A stretch of 64,000 nt of DNA from Candidatus Hydrogenedentota bacterium (GTDB lineage Bacteria; Hydrogenedentota; Hydrogenedentia; Hydrogenedentales; SLHB01). The notes under the pieces were generated by a model, which worked only from the letters and a program-made list of their open reading frames with translations, made no database searches and was not told the DNA's origin. The stretch lies in NCBI GenBank assembly GCA_963745075.1, contig CAVUWV010000015.1, positions 128,001 through 192,000 on the forward strand. Reading direction: 5' to 3'. The position numbers and the translations under genes are program-made. Shown here in pieces: positions 49,991-60,905 of the stretch. How positions within the stretch are numbered: the first letter of the stretch is position 1; each line of letters opens with the position of its first letter.

Positions 49991-50857
49991 CTATCCCTTC
50001 ACGGCGCCGATCGTGAGGCCTTGGATAAAGAAGCGTTGTAGGGCTATGAATAGCACGATGATCGGAACGCTTGCCAGCACGGCTCCGGCCATGATGACGC
50101 CGTAATCCATTTCCCAGACAAATCCCTGGTCTACCCCGATGAGCGAAATGAGACCTACTTGCACCGTCATCATATCCTTGGAATTCGTAACGAGGTACGG
50201 CCAGAAATAGTCGTTCCACGCGGCGACGAAGTCGAGCAAAAACATGACCGCGAGCACGGGACGCGCCATGGGCATGACGATACGCCAGAAGATCGTCCAT
50301 TCGGAAGCGCCGTCCACGCGCGCGGCTTGCATGAGATCTTTCGGCAGTGTCGTCATGAATTGTTTGAAGAGGAACACGCTGCCCAGCCCGGCCATACGCG
50401 GAACCATCAACGCGAAAAAGGTGTCGAACCAGCCAAAGGAGAACATCATCTGGTAGAGTGGAATCAGCGTAACAAAGGCGGGCACGGCCATGACGGCGAT
50501 GATCAGCCAGAAGATGAGCAGCCGTCCCGGGAAATCGATCTTCGCCAAGGCGTAGCCCGCCATCGCGCTGAGGATCACGTTAACGCACGTGGGGAAAAGC
50601 GCTACCAGCGCGCTGTTTCGTAGCCACGTCCACGCCGCGTTGTGGGTGAGGTCGAAGAACCCCGCGAAATTGTCCCAGGCCCAATCGCGCGGGATCCAAT
50701 CCAGGTCGGAAAGATCGAACTTGGTCCCCAAATGCGTAAGGCTGCTGGAAATCATCAGGTATAGCGAGGCCAGCGACAACGCAGTAAAGAAGAGTAGAAT
50801 GGCGAACGCGATGATTTGCCCCGCCCACGAAACTCGATCTCCCCTGTACGCAGTCAT
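49991..50857 (-). CDS. Carbohydrate ABC permease, MalG-like
   Basis: AMAGYALAK, LMQAARVDGA (EAA loop), WNDYFWP, QRFFIQG..GAVKG. Confidence 0.95.
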   Translation of the reverse strand: MTAYRGDRVSWAGQIIAFAILLFFTALSLASLYLMISSSLTHLGTKFDLSDLDWIPRDWAWDNFAGFFDLTHNAAWTWLRNSALVALFPTCVNVILSAMAGYALAKIDFPGRLLIFWLIIAVMAVPAFVTLIPLYQMMFSFGWFDTFFALMVPRMAGLGSVFLFKQFMTTLPKDLMQAARVDGASEWTIFWRIVMPMARPVLAVMFLLDFVAAWNDYFWPYLVTNSKDMMTVQVGLISLIGVDQGFVWEMDYGVIMAGAVLASVPIIVLFIALQRFFIQGLTIGAVKG

Positions 50858-50903
50858 GGTTCAGCACATTCCAGGGGAAAATCGGGTCGAAACCAGCGGC
50901 ATA

Positions 50904-51063
50904 ACATCCCCCTTGGTCCCCCTTCAAAGGGGGAGTGGGCGCAGTGACGTTTATCGATGTTTGTGCCGTGACGTGCTTCGAATTGAGTGCTATATGGCAA
51001 CGCCTTACGCAACGCAGAGCGTTGCGGCAAACTCCCCCTTTGAAGGGGGATCAAGGGGGATGT
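50904..51063. repeat. TCCCCCTTTGAAGGGGG-type REP inverted pair
   Basis: ACATCCCCCTTGGTCCCCCTTCAAAGGGGGAGT (50904-50936) vs ACTCCCCCTTTGAAGGGGGATCAAGGGGGATGT (51031-51063). Confidence 0.9.
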
Positions 51064-51105
51064 GAATTGTGGCGCGTTCCTAACCCATATCGCGCTGCGT
51101 TTCAT

Positions 51106-52092
51106 TCAGTACTCCACGTCCGTGGCGAGCCACCGGTAGTTCGCGATAGAAACCGTAACTATCACCAACATCAACATAATCGCCATGGCGGAGGCCATGC
51201 CAAAATCGTTTTGATAGTAGAAGGTGCGGTAGACGTGGTAATTCACAAAGTACGTGGTCTTCAACGGTCCGCCTCCGGTGATGAGCAGGGCCGGAGCGAA
51301 GACCTGGAACCCCATGATAAGACCGGTCACGGTGACGAAGATGGTCGTGGGTTTCACCAGCGGCCAAGTGACCGCCGTGAACGTGCGCCAGGAGGATGCC
51401 CCGTCGATCAACGCGACTTCGTAAAAGGTCTTCGGAATGTTGCCGATCGCCGCCGCGTAGACGATGACGCCGACCCCGTTGGCGGACAGCCATGCCATGA
51501 CGATCAAGACCGGCATGGCCAGCGCGGGATCCCCGAACCAGTTCTGCGGCGGGAGGCCGGCGGACTCCAGCGCCGCGTTGGCAAACCCGTCGCCGGAGTG
51601 AAAGATCCACTTCATAATGGCAGCGCCGACGACCGGGCTAATCACTCCGGGCAGGTATAGTGCCGCCTTGAAGAAGGTTTGCAGCGGTTTCGGCTGTTTC
51701 AGGATCTGGATCGCCAGGAACATGCTGACCAAAATGCTGACCGGGAGTGTGGCCGCGACGAATATGAACGTTACCCAGAGGGTGTGCCACCAGAACGGGT
51801 CGGTGAGAATGCGCTGATAGTTTGCCAGGCCGACCCAGTCGGTCGACGTGGCGCTGGTCAGGCTGAAGTTGGTGAAACTCTGGGACGCGGCCTTGGCCAA
51901 CGGGTAAAACATAAATAGCGTCGACCACGCGAGCGCCGCGGCCAGGAAGATATACGCCCAGATCCACTGTTGATGTTGCACCCGCAACCGGCGCCGACGG
52001 TGCCGTCGGAGGTCCACCGCCACGAGCAACGTGCACGGCACCACCGCCCAGAATGCGATCAGCGCGACGAGATACCAGAGCGGATAGACCAA
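51106..52092 (-). CDS. Carbohydrate ABC permease, MalF-like
   Basis: WVGLANY, LYLPGVIS, YEVALIDGA, ITGGGP, FGMASAMA. Confidence 0.95.
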   Translation of the reverse strand: MVYPLWYLVALIAFWAVVPCTLLVAVDLRRHRRRRLRVQHQQWIWAYIFLAAALAWSTLFMFYPLAKAASQSFTNFSLTSATSTDWVGLANYQRILTDPFWWHTLWVTFIFVAATLPVSILVSMFLAIQILKQPKPLQTFFKAALYLPGVISPVVGAAIMKWIFHSGDGFANAALESAGLPPQNWFGDPALAMPVLIVMAWLSANGVGVIVYAAAIGNIPKTFYEVALIDGASSWRTFTAVTWPLVKPTTIFVTVTGLIMGFQVFAPALLITGGGPLKTTYFVNYHVYRTFYYQNDFGMASAMAIMLMLVIVTVSIANYRWLATDVEY

Positions 52093-52128
52093 ATTTCATC
52101 CCCTGTATGTCGGGCGATACGAAATGTA

Positions 52129-53163
52129 TTAGTCGAGTCGTGGCACCAACACGGCCGCATCATCCGGCGGCCGCGTCAGAAAGGCACGGCGCCGTTCCGC
52201 CGAGACTTTCAATGCGCCGGCGAGCCTGCAGTGACACCACGATAGTATCGTTTGCCCGACCAGCGCATGACGTTCCCCGGCATCGAGCGGTTCGACCCGA
52301 CGTTCGTATGAATTCAGAAATGCTCGAACCAGCGTCTCCTGCAGCGTCAACGGTTGGGTCAACGACCAGATGTCGCTCCCATCGATAATCGACTCGTGTG
52401 TCGAACAACAGAAAAGCAAAGCGAAGGCCAGATCGTAAATCCGCGGCCGCCACGCGCACCAGTCCAGATCCACGAACGCCACGACCGTCCCATCCTTCAT
52501 GAGGATGTTCGCGGGTTGTATGTCTCCGTGAACGAGGGTATGGGGCAGGGCCGCGAACCGGGGCGTGGGCAGTTCTTCGGTACCCTCGACCACCCAGCGG
52601 CGGTAGTTGCGGAGAACGGTCGTGCATCCCACGGATTCACGGTCGATGCGAGTGGCGATATCCAGCAGTTCCAGGGGATCGGTTTCTCCGCGCGGACCCA
52701 ACTTGTCGCAACGGTCCGGCAAGTCCACACCGGCCGCGTGAAACTTCCCCAACGCATCGCCGACCGCTGCGGCGTGGGCCGCATTGCCTTCGGCCGGGTG
52801 CGTACCGCCTTGAAAAGGGTACACCTCCCAGGCGCGACCGCCGTCCATCAGCCAGGTGGCGCCGTCCTGCGTCTCGTGAGGCAACAACACGGGCGCCTTC
52901 CGCTCGGCCAGAAAGCGAATGGTCCTGTGATCGAACGCAATACGGTCCGGTTCCGAATATCCGGAATACCGCCGCCGGACGAACCACGTCGCGGTCTCGG
53001 TTTCCAGCCGGTAATTGTTGTTTCGCGTCCCGCCGAGAACGGAATTGGACACGATCGGCGCAAGCCCGTACGCGGGAACCAGGTGCTTTAGCAGAAACGA
53101 ATCCATTACGAGCGAGTGTACGCGAATCCGGTCGGGATCTGCTACCTTCGTTTGCTCCGGCAT
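52129..53163 (-). CDS. Phosphotransferase (APH / homoserine kinase type II-like)
   Basis: LGKFH, HGDIQPANIL, VDLDW, YDLA; start uncertain (ATG 53163 chosen). Confidence 0.85.
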   Translation of the reverse strand: MPEQTKVADPDRIRVHSLVMDSFLLKHLVPAYGLAPIVSNSVLGGTRNNNYRLETETATWFVRRRYSGYSEPDRIAFDHRTIRFLAERKAPVLLPHETQDGATWLMDGGRAWEVYPFQGGTHPAEGNAAHAAAVGDALGKFHAAGVDLPDRCDKLGPRGETDPLELLDIATRIDRESVGCTTVLRNYRRWVVEGTEELPTPRFAALPHTLVHGDIQPANILMKDGTVVAFVDLDWCAWRPRIYDLAFALLFCCSTHESIIDGSDIWSLTQPLTLQETLVRAFLNSYERRVEPLDAGERHALVGQTILSWCHCRLAGALKVSAERRRAFLTRPPDDAAVLVPRLD

Positions 53164-53212
53164 GGGCGAGTGGGATACCTTGGACGGCCTTGGACGGAGC
53201 ATTGGGGCGACG

Positions 53213-54196
53213 ATGGCTACGAAGAAGAAGACACGATCAAGAGTCCGGGTCGCATTGATCGGTGCAGGCGGAATGGCAAACGGCGTGCACTACCCGTCCT
53301 TGAGCGAAATGATGGACGTTGAACTCGCGGCGATTTGCGATTTGGTGCCCGAAAAGGCTGCCGAAACGGCGGAACGATTCGGCATCCCCAGAACATACAT
53401 TGATTACGGCGCCATGCTGGACGAGGTAAAACCGGACGCTGTGTATGCGCTCATGCCGCCGCATCACATCTTCGACGTCGCCATGAACGTCATGGACCGC
53501 GGCCATCACTTGTTCATCGAGAAACCGCCCGGACTGAATGCCTTTCAGAACCGGCGCATGGCGGAGTGCGCCGCCCGTAACAAGGTCATCGCCATGTGCG
53601 GGTTTCAACGGCGCTACATCCCGTTGTTCAATACACTTCGGAAGAAAGTGGAGAAGCGCGGCCCCGTCCACACCGTGGTGGTGACCTTTGTGAAATGCAG
53701 TTATCCGGCGGCTTCGTACTACAACGGCGCCGTCGATATCCTCTCCTGCGATGCCGTTCATGCCGTCGACACGTTGCGGTATTTTTGCGGCGGCGAAGTC
53801 GTGAGCGTCGCGAGCGACGTTCGGAACCTCGGCGCGGAAGACAACAACGCCTTTTATGCGCTGGTAAAATTCTCGACCGGCGCCACGGGCGTATTGCAGA
53901 CCAATTGGGCCGTGGGACGGCGGTTCTTTAAGCTGGAACTGCACGCGCAAGGGGTCTCCGCGTATGCCGACCCGGACGACGCGGGCATTCTGTATAAGGA
54001 CGGTGAACTCGAAGGGAAGACTTTCGATCCCGCCGAGTGCGCCGGGAATGCTGCTGATTGGCACCGATGGGGGTTCTTCGCGGAGAGTCGTCACTTTATC
54101 GATTGCGTCAAAAACGGCAACACGCCGGCGAGCAACCTGGCCGATACGGTCAAAACCATGGAACTGGTGGACCGCATCTACCACAGCCAAATCTGA
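53213..54196 (+). CDS. Gfo/Idh/MocA family oxidoreductase
   Basis: IGAGGMA, FIEKPP, GFQRR, D.VHAVD; start ATG 53213 (MATKKK). Confidence 0.92.
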   Translation: MATKKKTRSRVRVALIGAGGMANGVHYPSLSEMMDVELAAICDLVPEKAAETAERFGIPRTYIDYGAMLDEVKPDAVYALMPPHHIFDVAMNVMDRGHHLFIEKPPGLNAFQNRRMAECAARNKVIAMCGFQRRYIPLFNTLRKKVEKRGPVHTVVVTFVKCSYPAASYYNGAVDILSCDAVHAVDTLRYFCGGEVVSVASDVRNLGAEDNNAFYALVKFSTGATGVLQTNWAVGRRFFKLELHAQGVSAYADPDDAGILYKDGELEGKTFDPAECAGNAADWHRWGFFAESRHFIDCVKNGNTPASNLADTVKTMELVDRIYHSQI

Positions 54197-54215
54197 CCCC
54201 CGAAAGGAACACACG

Positions 54216-55076
54216 ATGGCCAAACTCTTCCGGCTCGCGGTAGCGTCTATCGACAATCCCGACGTTGAAGACCGGTCGGGCGTCATCGATCGCTGCGTAG
54301 AAGCCATCGCCGAAGCGGGCGACCGCGGCGCGGATCTCGTACTGCTGCCGGAAGAACCGGACATCATCGCGGGCGGCACCTACGGCGTGTATCCGCTGGA
54401 AGATCATCCTTCGTTCATTCGTTTCCGCGATCGGGCCGCCAAATCGAAGATTGGGATTATTTCGACACTTTCCGCTAAGGTCGAAGATCGTCACGCCAAT
54501 ACCGCCTTCCTATTGGACCGGAAAGGAAACGTAGCTGGTCTATACCGAAAGAAACACCCCGCTCCCAGTGAGGAAATGATTCTTACCGAATCGGTAATTC
54601 CGGGCGATCCGTTTCCGCTTTTTGATTTCGAAGGCGTCATGCTCGGTATCGCGACGTGCATGGACATCCACTTCCCGGAGATGTTCCGCATCTACGGACT
54701 TAAAGGCGCGGACCTGGTGTGCGTGCCGACCATGTACCTCGACTATACCGGGGACATGCTGGAAGCCATCGAGAAAGCCCGCGCCATCGACAGCCAGATG
54801 TATCTGGCCATTTCCCGCTACATTACTCGACCCTATCTCGCAGGGAAAAACATGGGATACGCGAAAGTCATCGCGCCGGATGGCCGGGTAATCTGCTCCA
54901 CCGCCCATCGTGCGGGCGTGGCAATCGCGGAGTTCGACCCGAAGTGGCGGATGGAATTCTGGGGTGAAGGCTACGAAGGCAACATGCGGTTCATGTTCGA
55001 CGTGATCCGCCGGCCCGACCTGTACGGCGACCTGGTGAAACCGAGAGAGATCGACAACGAAACCGATGAAGAATGA
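54216..55076 (+). CDS. Carbon-nitrogen hydrolase (nitrilase superfamily)
   Basis: Glu-Lys-Cys triad motifs LLPE, YRKKH, ATCMD; RRPDLY tail; AAGGA RBS before ATG 54216. Confidence 0.92.
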   Translation: MAKLFRLAVASIDNPDVEDRSGVIDRCVEAIAEAGDRGADLVLLPEEPDIIAGGTYGVYPLEDHPSFIRFRDRAAKSKIGIISTLSAKVEDRHANTAFLLDRKGNVAGLYRKKHPAPSEEMILTESVIPGDPFPLFDFEGVMLGIATCMDIHFPEMFRIYGLKGADLVCVPTMYLDYTGDMLEAIEKARAIDSQMYLAISRYITRPYLAGKNMGYAKVIAPDGRVICSTAHRAGVAIAEFDPKWRMEFWGEGYEGNMRFMFDVIRRPDLYGDLVKPREIDNETDEE

Positions 55077-55083
55077 ATCGAAC

Positions 55084-55314
55084 AACATCCCCCTTGATCC
55101 CCCTTCAAAGGGGGAATTCGGCGTACCGTCGTTTCAGGTGGAATACGCCGAGGAATACTCCGAATCCAGGCGAGTGCAAACTCTAGACACGCGACGCTTT
55201 GCGTCGCGTTCGGAACATCGGCAAGAAACCACTTCCGGAGAATGGCGCAGTACTCCCGCCCACAAACGCGCATACGCAAAACTCCCCCTTTGAAGGGGGA
55301 TCAAGGGGGATGTT
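55084..55314. repeat. TCCCCCTTTGAAGGGGG-type REP inverted pair, second copy
   Basis: Arms 55084-55117 and 55281-55314 nearly identical to those at 50904-51063, with a different spacer. Confidence 0.9.
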
Positions 55315-55329
55315 CTTAAGGTCTGGAGT

Positions 55330-56115
55330 TTGGCGTGGAAATTGAAAAGCGAAACCAAAACACGGGAGACGGTTCAAGTGCTTTGGAAAGACGGGAAGAA
55401 GTGGGTGTACTCGATCACCTACGACGAAGGATGTGAAGATCTGCTGCGGTACGCGCTGCCCATTCATCGTAAGTACGGTGTACCGGGACACGTCGCGTTG
55501 GTGTCCAGCCAAATCGGGGTCCCGCGCAACGTGCCGGGCAGCAGCTACGACAAAATGATGATCTTATCCAAAGATCAAATCCACGACCTCGTCAAGGAAG
55601 GTTGGGGTGTCTCGTGTCACAGCATGACCCACTGCGGCGTAACATTAAATAACGGGGATACGGAAGTCGTGCAGGCCCGGCGTGTGATCGAGGAGACACT
55701 CGACATGGAGGTGCGCATGTTCTGCGTGCCCGGCGACAACAACGGACACCCCGGCGCGTTGAAATACGCGGACCTAGCCGGCTTCACGTCGATCCTGACC
55801 ATCTACGATCGCGTCAACACGCGCGACACGGATCTCCTCCACTTGGGCCGCGTGCCGTTGCACACGGAGTACCCCGCCCCCTTCTTCTCGCTGTATGATC
55901 CGTACAAACGCATCCACCAGGCCATCGATATGGAAGGCTGGATCATCGACTACTGCCATTGTCCCATGCCGGACAAGCCGATCCATCCGGCCAAGGATTG
56001 CACGACACAGGAGTTGGAAAAGCGGTTCGCGACGATATGCGATCTCGGCGGGGATGATGTGTGGATTGCGGAACCGAATGACGTTGTGAATTGGTTGCTG
56101 GAACAGCGGAAGTGA
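55330..56115 (+). CDS. Polysaccharide deacetylase (NodB/CE4-like)
   Basis: SITYDEG, CHSMTH, FCVPG, GWIIDYCH. Confidence 0.85.
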   Translation: MAWKLKSETKTRETVQVLWKDGKKWVYSITYDEGCEDLLRYALPIHRKYGVPGHVALVSSQIGVPRNVPGSSYDKMMILSKDQIHDLVKEGWGVSCHSMTHCGVTLNNGDTEVVQARRVIEETLDMEVRMFCVPGDNNGHPGALKYADLAGFTSILTIYDRVNTRDTDLLHLGRVPLHTEYPAPFFSLYDPYKRIHQAIDMEGWIIDYCHCPMPDKPIHPAKDCTTQELEKRFATICDLGGDDVWIAEPNDVVNWLLEQRK

Positions 56116-56513
56116 ACCTCACGTATGAATGTGCAGTAGTGAAAGAACATACGTCGCGGTGGACCCCATTGTATACCATAGCTGAATGCACCGACGAGCC
56201 TTTCTGTCGAACGTCAACTCATCCTAATCAGCGGACATCCATGGCATTCCACAAGAACCGTCTGCGCCACCGCTTCAGTACTCGGACACTTTTGAAGCCA
56301 ACGCCGGCATCCCCTTGCGCAAATTGGCTGTACCCGCTACTGTAAAAGCAGTTCACTCCGCCGTACCCAATGGAGCGCTGGGCGGAATGGCTTCTTGTGG
56401 AGCAAGACCCGATGCCGTCTCTTACTTTGTTCCGCTACTTGGAAGGGGGCGGGCCAATTGGGACCGGGTTTCGCGGCACGGGCACGGCGTAAACTTCAAA
56501 AGGGGATCAGACC

Positions 56514-59306
56514 GTGAAACAGGTGCTTTCGATCTTCACCGTCATCGTCATGGCTTCGCTGCCTGCCTTCGGGGCCGAATCCATCGACGACGACCCCGCC
56601 GCATGGGAGTTTTCAGACGGAAGTATCACCTTCGTTTGCATCGGCCCGGACGGCGAACCCGTGCCAGGCGCGGACGTAGCGTTCGCGGAGTGGGATTACG
56701 GCACGCCGCCACTCGCGGCGACTGTCGAACGAGCCCAAACTGACAACGAAGGCCGCTGTACCTTCACAAACTTAACGGGCCGGAAGTCCCACGCCGTTCA
56801 CGTGACGAAAGACGACTGGGGATGTTGGGCCGCCCAACGTTACCTCAAGCCCAGCGACAAGCATCCAACGGTGACGCTCACGCTGGACGTCTATCGTGAA
56901 ATCTGCGGAGTCGTTCTGGACAAGGCCGGCACGCCCGTCGACGGCGTCCAAGTGTTGAACCGCAGCGTTTTGCCTGGCGCAACAACCGACGAACGGGGCG
57001 CCTTTTGTATTGCCAACTTGCAGAATCAGCAGGAATTCATCTTTTACAAGGCCGGCTACGGTTGGTTGAATTCCGGCCTCTCCGGGCCGGTGGTCGCGTT
57101 GGAGATCACACTGCCCGAGGGGGGGATGCTGGAGGTGACCGTACTCGACAAAGCCAATCATCCCGTAGCGGGCGCAAACGTGACGTACTCTGGCGGCAAC
57201 CAATATTACGGCGGTGGCGCCGATGCGACCCAGGTCACAAACGATCAGGGAAAGACGACGACGGTTTGGTTGCCGAGTGACCGTGACACATCGGTCAGCG
57301 CGACGTTCGAGCGCGATGGCTACAATTGGGGAGACAAGATTGAAGTCCGGCCGATCGCGGGAAAAACGACACCGGTAACGGTACGGCCCAGGCCCCGGGC
57401 GAAGATCGTTGATGACGGTAACCGCTACGTTTCGCTTCGAAAACGTCCTAAGGGCGTGGTTACGGGGAAGGTGGTGATGGAAGGCACCGGCGAACCCGTG
57501 CTGGCGGGCATCCTCTATGACACTTCCCAGGAGTGGGTGCGCTCGGTTCGCGCGACTACCGATGACGAAGGGACTTTCCGATGCGATGGCTTGGAATATG
57601 GAGACTATTACTTTACCGCCTTTCCGCGCACTGCCGCCCTCTACTCGAAAGGAGGACTTGTCCAGGTAAGTCTGAGCGAGGCGCAGCCTTCGCGTGAGCT
57701 GACGTTTACGATCGTGGAAGGATGCGTCATTCGCGGCGACGTGAAGAGCGCCGACGGGTTGCCGGTTCCCAACGCACAGATTTCGTACTCGCCTGCCAAT
57801 CCGAATCACTACTTTCCCGTCGCCACCGATGAGATGGGGCATTTCTTCATTCCACATCTCGCCTTTCCGGAAAAGTCTTATCAGCTTACGGTTCATTCTG
57901 CTCAAGGAAATCGTGCAACAGTGGAGGTTGCGCCCGTCGGCCTTGGCGCCATCTCGGAACCCGCGTTGGTGTTAATGGAGGATGTGTACCTCAGAGCCGC
58001 GACGGCAGGTACGTTCCGTGGGCAGGTGATCGACCAGCATGACGAGCCCGTGCGCGCCGCTACTGTTTCGTTTTCGTCTGACATCGCACCAGAGGAGTCG
58101 GTGACGGATACGAATGGCCAATTCGCCCTCAGTCTCCGGCAAGGTGGCATCGGAAATTTCAGCGTTCGGTACGACGCAAGCATTCTCCTTAATGGCGTGA
58201 TCGGATCCATCCGGGAACCGCTGGAGATAATCGAGGGCGGTTCGGTTTCGGTCGATCCTGCCGGTGAAAACCCATTGCACACGATTCGCGTGGAGGTCCC
58301 GCCCTGGAAATACGTAGGGGGGCTCGTGACCGACGTCCACGGCAATCCACTCTCGCCGGATGTCAACGTGTATGTCGATGACTGCACGGGATCTGTCCGC
58401 GCGCAGGATGGCGCGTTCCTTCGAACGGGATGTACGAAACCGTTCGTGAAGGATCCGGTCTTGGTCGAATTTACATTGGACGGGTACCAGGCGCGGGTCT
58501 TGGAGAGCGGGCGCGACTTCGAGCTGGGCGACACGCGCGTTCGGGTCGTCATGAAGAAGGGCCCCTACGAACCGTTTGAGTCAATATTCGAGGCGGCTAC
58601 CGGTCGTCCTGTGGGGCAAGTAATCGAGATGTTCCGGGGTGATCGCATATTGGAGAATACCAGCCGGTACTGGCAATTGGCCCAAAGTTCGGGTTCGGGC
58701 CACCGCTATGGCCAACCGCCGAATTGGGTGATTGTGGTGGACGAAAACGGCAAATCGGTGACGCGCATTCTGCTGCGCTCGCCCTATGGGAACCGGCCCA
58801 TCATTCTGAGTACCGGAGAAGAATCGGACTATCCTCCCGAGTCTATGGAAGACGAGCGCGGCCACTACACGCTTCCTGACGAGGCGCGTTTTGTGTGGGC
58901 CGAGGGGAAGGGCATGGCGTTCCTTGAGCACCGAAGCAGGGAGCACGGCGCGGAACCGCGCGTCGTCGTGCTGCAACCCGCGGCAGATATCACGGTGAAA
59001 GCGTTAGACGCGAACGGTCAACCGCTCAGCGGCGTGATGATGGGTCTTAGCTCGTCCGATCCGGATTGGCCCCGCTTCATCGATACATCCCCGCCCCACC
59101 CATGGACAGACCAGTCCGGCGCACTTCGCTTCGCCCATCTCCCCCCTGGCGAATATGAAGCGTGGGCTTTCAAGGAAGGCTACCGCCCCGCGCGAACCAC
59201 GGTTACCGTGAAACCCGGGGAATCGAAGACGGTGGAGTTGAGCCCAACGACGCGGATGTCTACGTCTTCCCTTTTTGAGCGCGTGTTTCGGTATGTGCTC
59301 GGTTGA
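56514..59306 (+). CDS. Secreted protein with tandem carboxypeptidase-regulatory-like beta-sandwich repeats
   Basis: Signal peptide; repeated G.V.D..G.PV.GA and TD..G.F motifs. Confidence 0.85.
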   Translation: MKQVLSIFTVIVMASLPAFGAESIDDDPAAWEFSDGSITFVCIGPDGEPVPGADVAFAEWDYGTPPLAATVERAQTDNEGRCTFTNLTGRKSHAVHVTKDDWGCWAAQRYLKPSDKHPTVTLTLDVYREICGVVLDKAGTPVDGVQVLNRSVLPGATTDERGAFCIANLQNQQEFIFYKAGYGWLNSGLSGPVVALEITLPEGGMLEVTVLDKANHPVAGANVTYSGGNQYYGGGADATQVTNDQGKTTTVWLPSDRDTSVSATFERDGYNWGDKIEVRPIAGKTTPVTVRPRPRAKIVDDGNRYVSLRKRPKGVVTGKVVMEGTGEPVLAGILYDTSQEWVRSVRATTDDEGTFRCDGLEYGDYYFTAFPRTAALYSKGGLVQVSLSEAQPSRELTFTIVEGCVIRGDVKSADGLPVPNAQISYSPANPNHYFPVATDEMGHFFIPHLAFPEKSYQLTVHSAQGNRATVEVAPVGLGAISEPALVLMEDVYLRAATAGTFRGQVIDQHDEPVRAATVSFSSDIAPEESVTDTNGQFALSLRQGGIGNFSVRYDASILLNGVIGSIREPLEIIEGGSVSVDPAGENPLHTIRVEVPPWKYVGGLVTDVHGNPLSPDVNVYVDDCTGSVRAQDGAFLRTGCTKPFVKDPVLVEFTLDGYQARVLESGRDFELGDTRVRVVMKKGPYEPFESIFEAATGRPVGQVIEMFRGDRILENTSRYWQLAQSSGSGHRYGQPPNWVIVVDENGKSVTRILLRSPYGNRPIILSTGEESDYPPESMEDERGHYTLPDEARFVWAEGKGMAFLEHRSREHGAEPRVVVLQPAADITVKALDANGQPLSGVMMGLSSSDPDWPRFIDTSPPHPWTDQSGALRFAHLPPGEYEAWAFKEGYRPARTTVTVKPGESKTVELSPTTRMSTSSLFERVFRYVLG

Positions 59307-59376
59307 ATTTCGGTGATTGAATGAAAGTTGCCGCGTGGTGTCGGGTGCCGTCTGGCGAGCAATCATGTTATGGCGA

Positions 59377-59488
59377 CACTGGGAGCGCCTGGCTCCAGCC
59401 TGGCGGGGTTTACACAACAACTGCGATTGCACAGCCCAAGTGTTTTCACTCCGAACTTTCGCCAGGCTGGAGCCCAGCGCTCCCAGTG
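59377..59488. repeat. CTGGGAGCGC-type REP inverted pair
   Basis: CACTGGGAGCGCCTGGCTCCAGCCTGGCG (59377-59405) vs CGCCAGGCTGGAGCCCAGCGCTCCCAGTG (59460-59488). Confidence 0.85.
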
Positions 59489-59653
59489 CCGTCCGTTCGT
59501 TGTCTCCCCCAACGGCTTGATGTACTGCAACTTGCGGCGTATGTTAACCTCTTCCGAGCAAGCGGCGTTCCCAGTCTCCGTTCGAAAGTGTACTGAGCAG
59601 TCTTCTTCCAGCGGGACCTGTCGCAAACTGGAAATAGAAAGGCGAGTCAAGAG

Positions 59654-60901
59654 ATGGCGCAGAAACTTCAGGCGGCAAAGTGGGGTGCGCAGGCGCATTT
59701 GGACGAGGTGGGGAAATTGCCCGTATCATTCCCCCGGACAATGGGGCCGAACGCGCTGAGATACGTGCAGGAAGTGGTCGATTCGGGGCTGACAGCGGAC
59801 ATGATGGGGCGGTTCGAGAAAGCCTTCGCGGAGGCGCTCGGCGTGAAGCATTGCATCGGTACGCCGGGATGCACGCCCGCCATTCACGTGTTGGCGCTGG
59901 CCTCGGGGATTGCGCCGGGCGATGAGATTGTCGTCAGTCCCGTGACCGACTATGGCACCGTGCAAGGATTCCTGGCCGAGGGCATCATTCCCGTCTTCGC
60001 GGATACGGCACCGGGCACGATCAACTTCTCACCGGCGACCATCGATCCCTGCATTACCGATCGCACGCGCGCCATTCTATGCGTCCACATGACGGGGCTT
60101 ATGAACGATATGGATGGCATTAACGCCTTGGCAAAGAAGCATGATTTGAAAGTCTACGAGGACGCGTGTCAATCGGTCTTCGGTGAATACAAGGGCCGGG
60201 TCGCGGGAACGCTTGGCGATGCGGCGTGCTTTTCGTTCGACGCGGAGAAGACCATGGGCTCCGACACCGGCGGGTGCCTGGTGACGAACGACACGGAGCT
60301 GTATGAACGCGCCCGGTACATGGGGCAGAGCCGCGGCGCGGTGATGCAGCCTCATTTCGGGCGACTGCACGCGGACGTGGGGTACGCGTACCGGATGCCG
60401 GGTTGCACGGCGGCGATTTGTCTCGCGCAGCTCGAGATCGTGCGGGAGCAGGTCGTCCACCGCGACACCATGGCGCGTTTGCTCTATGACAAACTCGGCG
60501 AGATTCCGGGTATCACGCCGCTGCCGATTCCGGAATCCACCAACGTCTATTCCTGCTGGATGGCGGGTTTTAATATCGATGCAAAAGCCTTCACATGCTC
60601 CACGGAAGACTTCGCCAGCCAACTCGCCGAAGCGGGAATTCCCGGCGCGGGGATGGGCGAGTATTATCTGATGCCGGCAGCGTTGACCTGCCTGCACAAG
60701 AAGGTCGCCGAGAAGCAGTTTCCGTATACCGTGCCACCCGCGTCGAGGGAGTATGCGTATTCGTCGGACAACTGTCCGACGGCGACGGAATTCCTGAAAA
60801 CCTTCATCCGCTGGTCGACGTTTTGTGAGAAGTATCAACCGGAACATTGCGAACTCGCGGCGCGGATCGTAGCCGAAGTCGCGGACAAGAACAGGGTATA
60901 G
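59654..60901 (+). CDS. DegT/DnrJ/EryC1/StrS PLP-dependent sugar aminotransferase
   Basis: FEKAFA, GDEIVV, EDACQS, FSFDAEKTM (PLP lysine), GGCLVT. Confidence 0.93.
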   Translation: MAQKLQAAKWGAQAHLDEVGKLPVSFPRTMGPNALRYVQEVVDSGLTADMMGRFEKAFAEALGVKHCIGTPGCTPAIHVLALASGIAPGDEIVVSPVTDYGTVQGFLAEGIIPVFADTAPGTINFSPATIDPCITDRTRAILCVHMTGLMNDMDGINALAKKHDLKVYEDACQSVFGEYKGRVAGTLGDAACFSFDAEKTMGSDTGGCLVTNDTELYERARYMGQSRGAVMQPHFGRLHADVGYAYRMPGCTAAICLAQLEIVREQVVHRDTMARLLYDKLGEIPGITPLPIPESTNVYSCWMAGFNIDAKAFTCSTEDFASQLAEAGIPGAGMGEYYLMPAALTCLHKKVAEKQFPYTVPPASREYAYSSDNCPTATEFLKTFIRWSTFCEKYQPEHCELAARIVAEVADKNRV

Positions 60902-60905
60902 CTTC

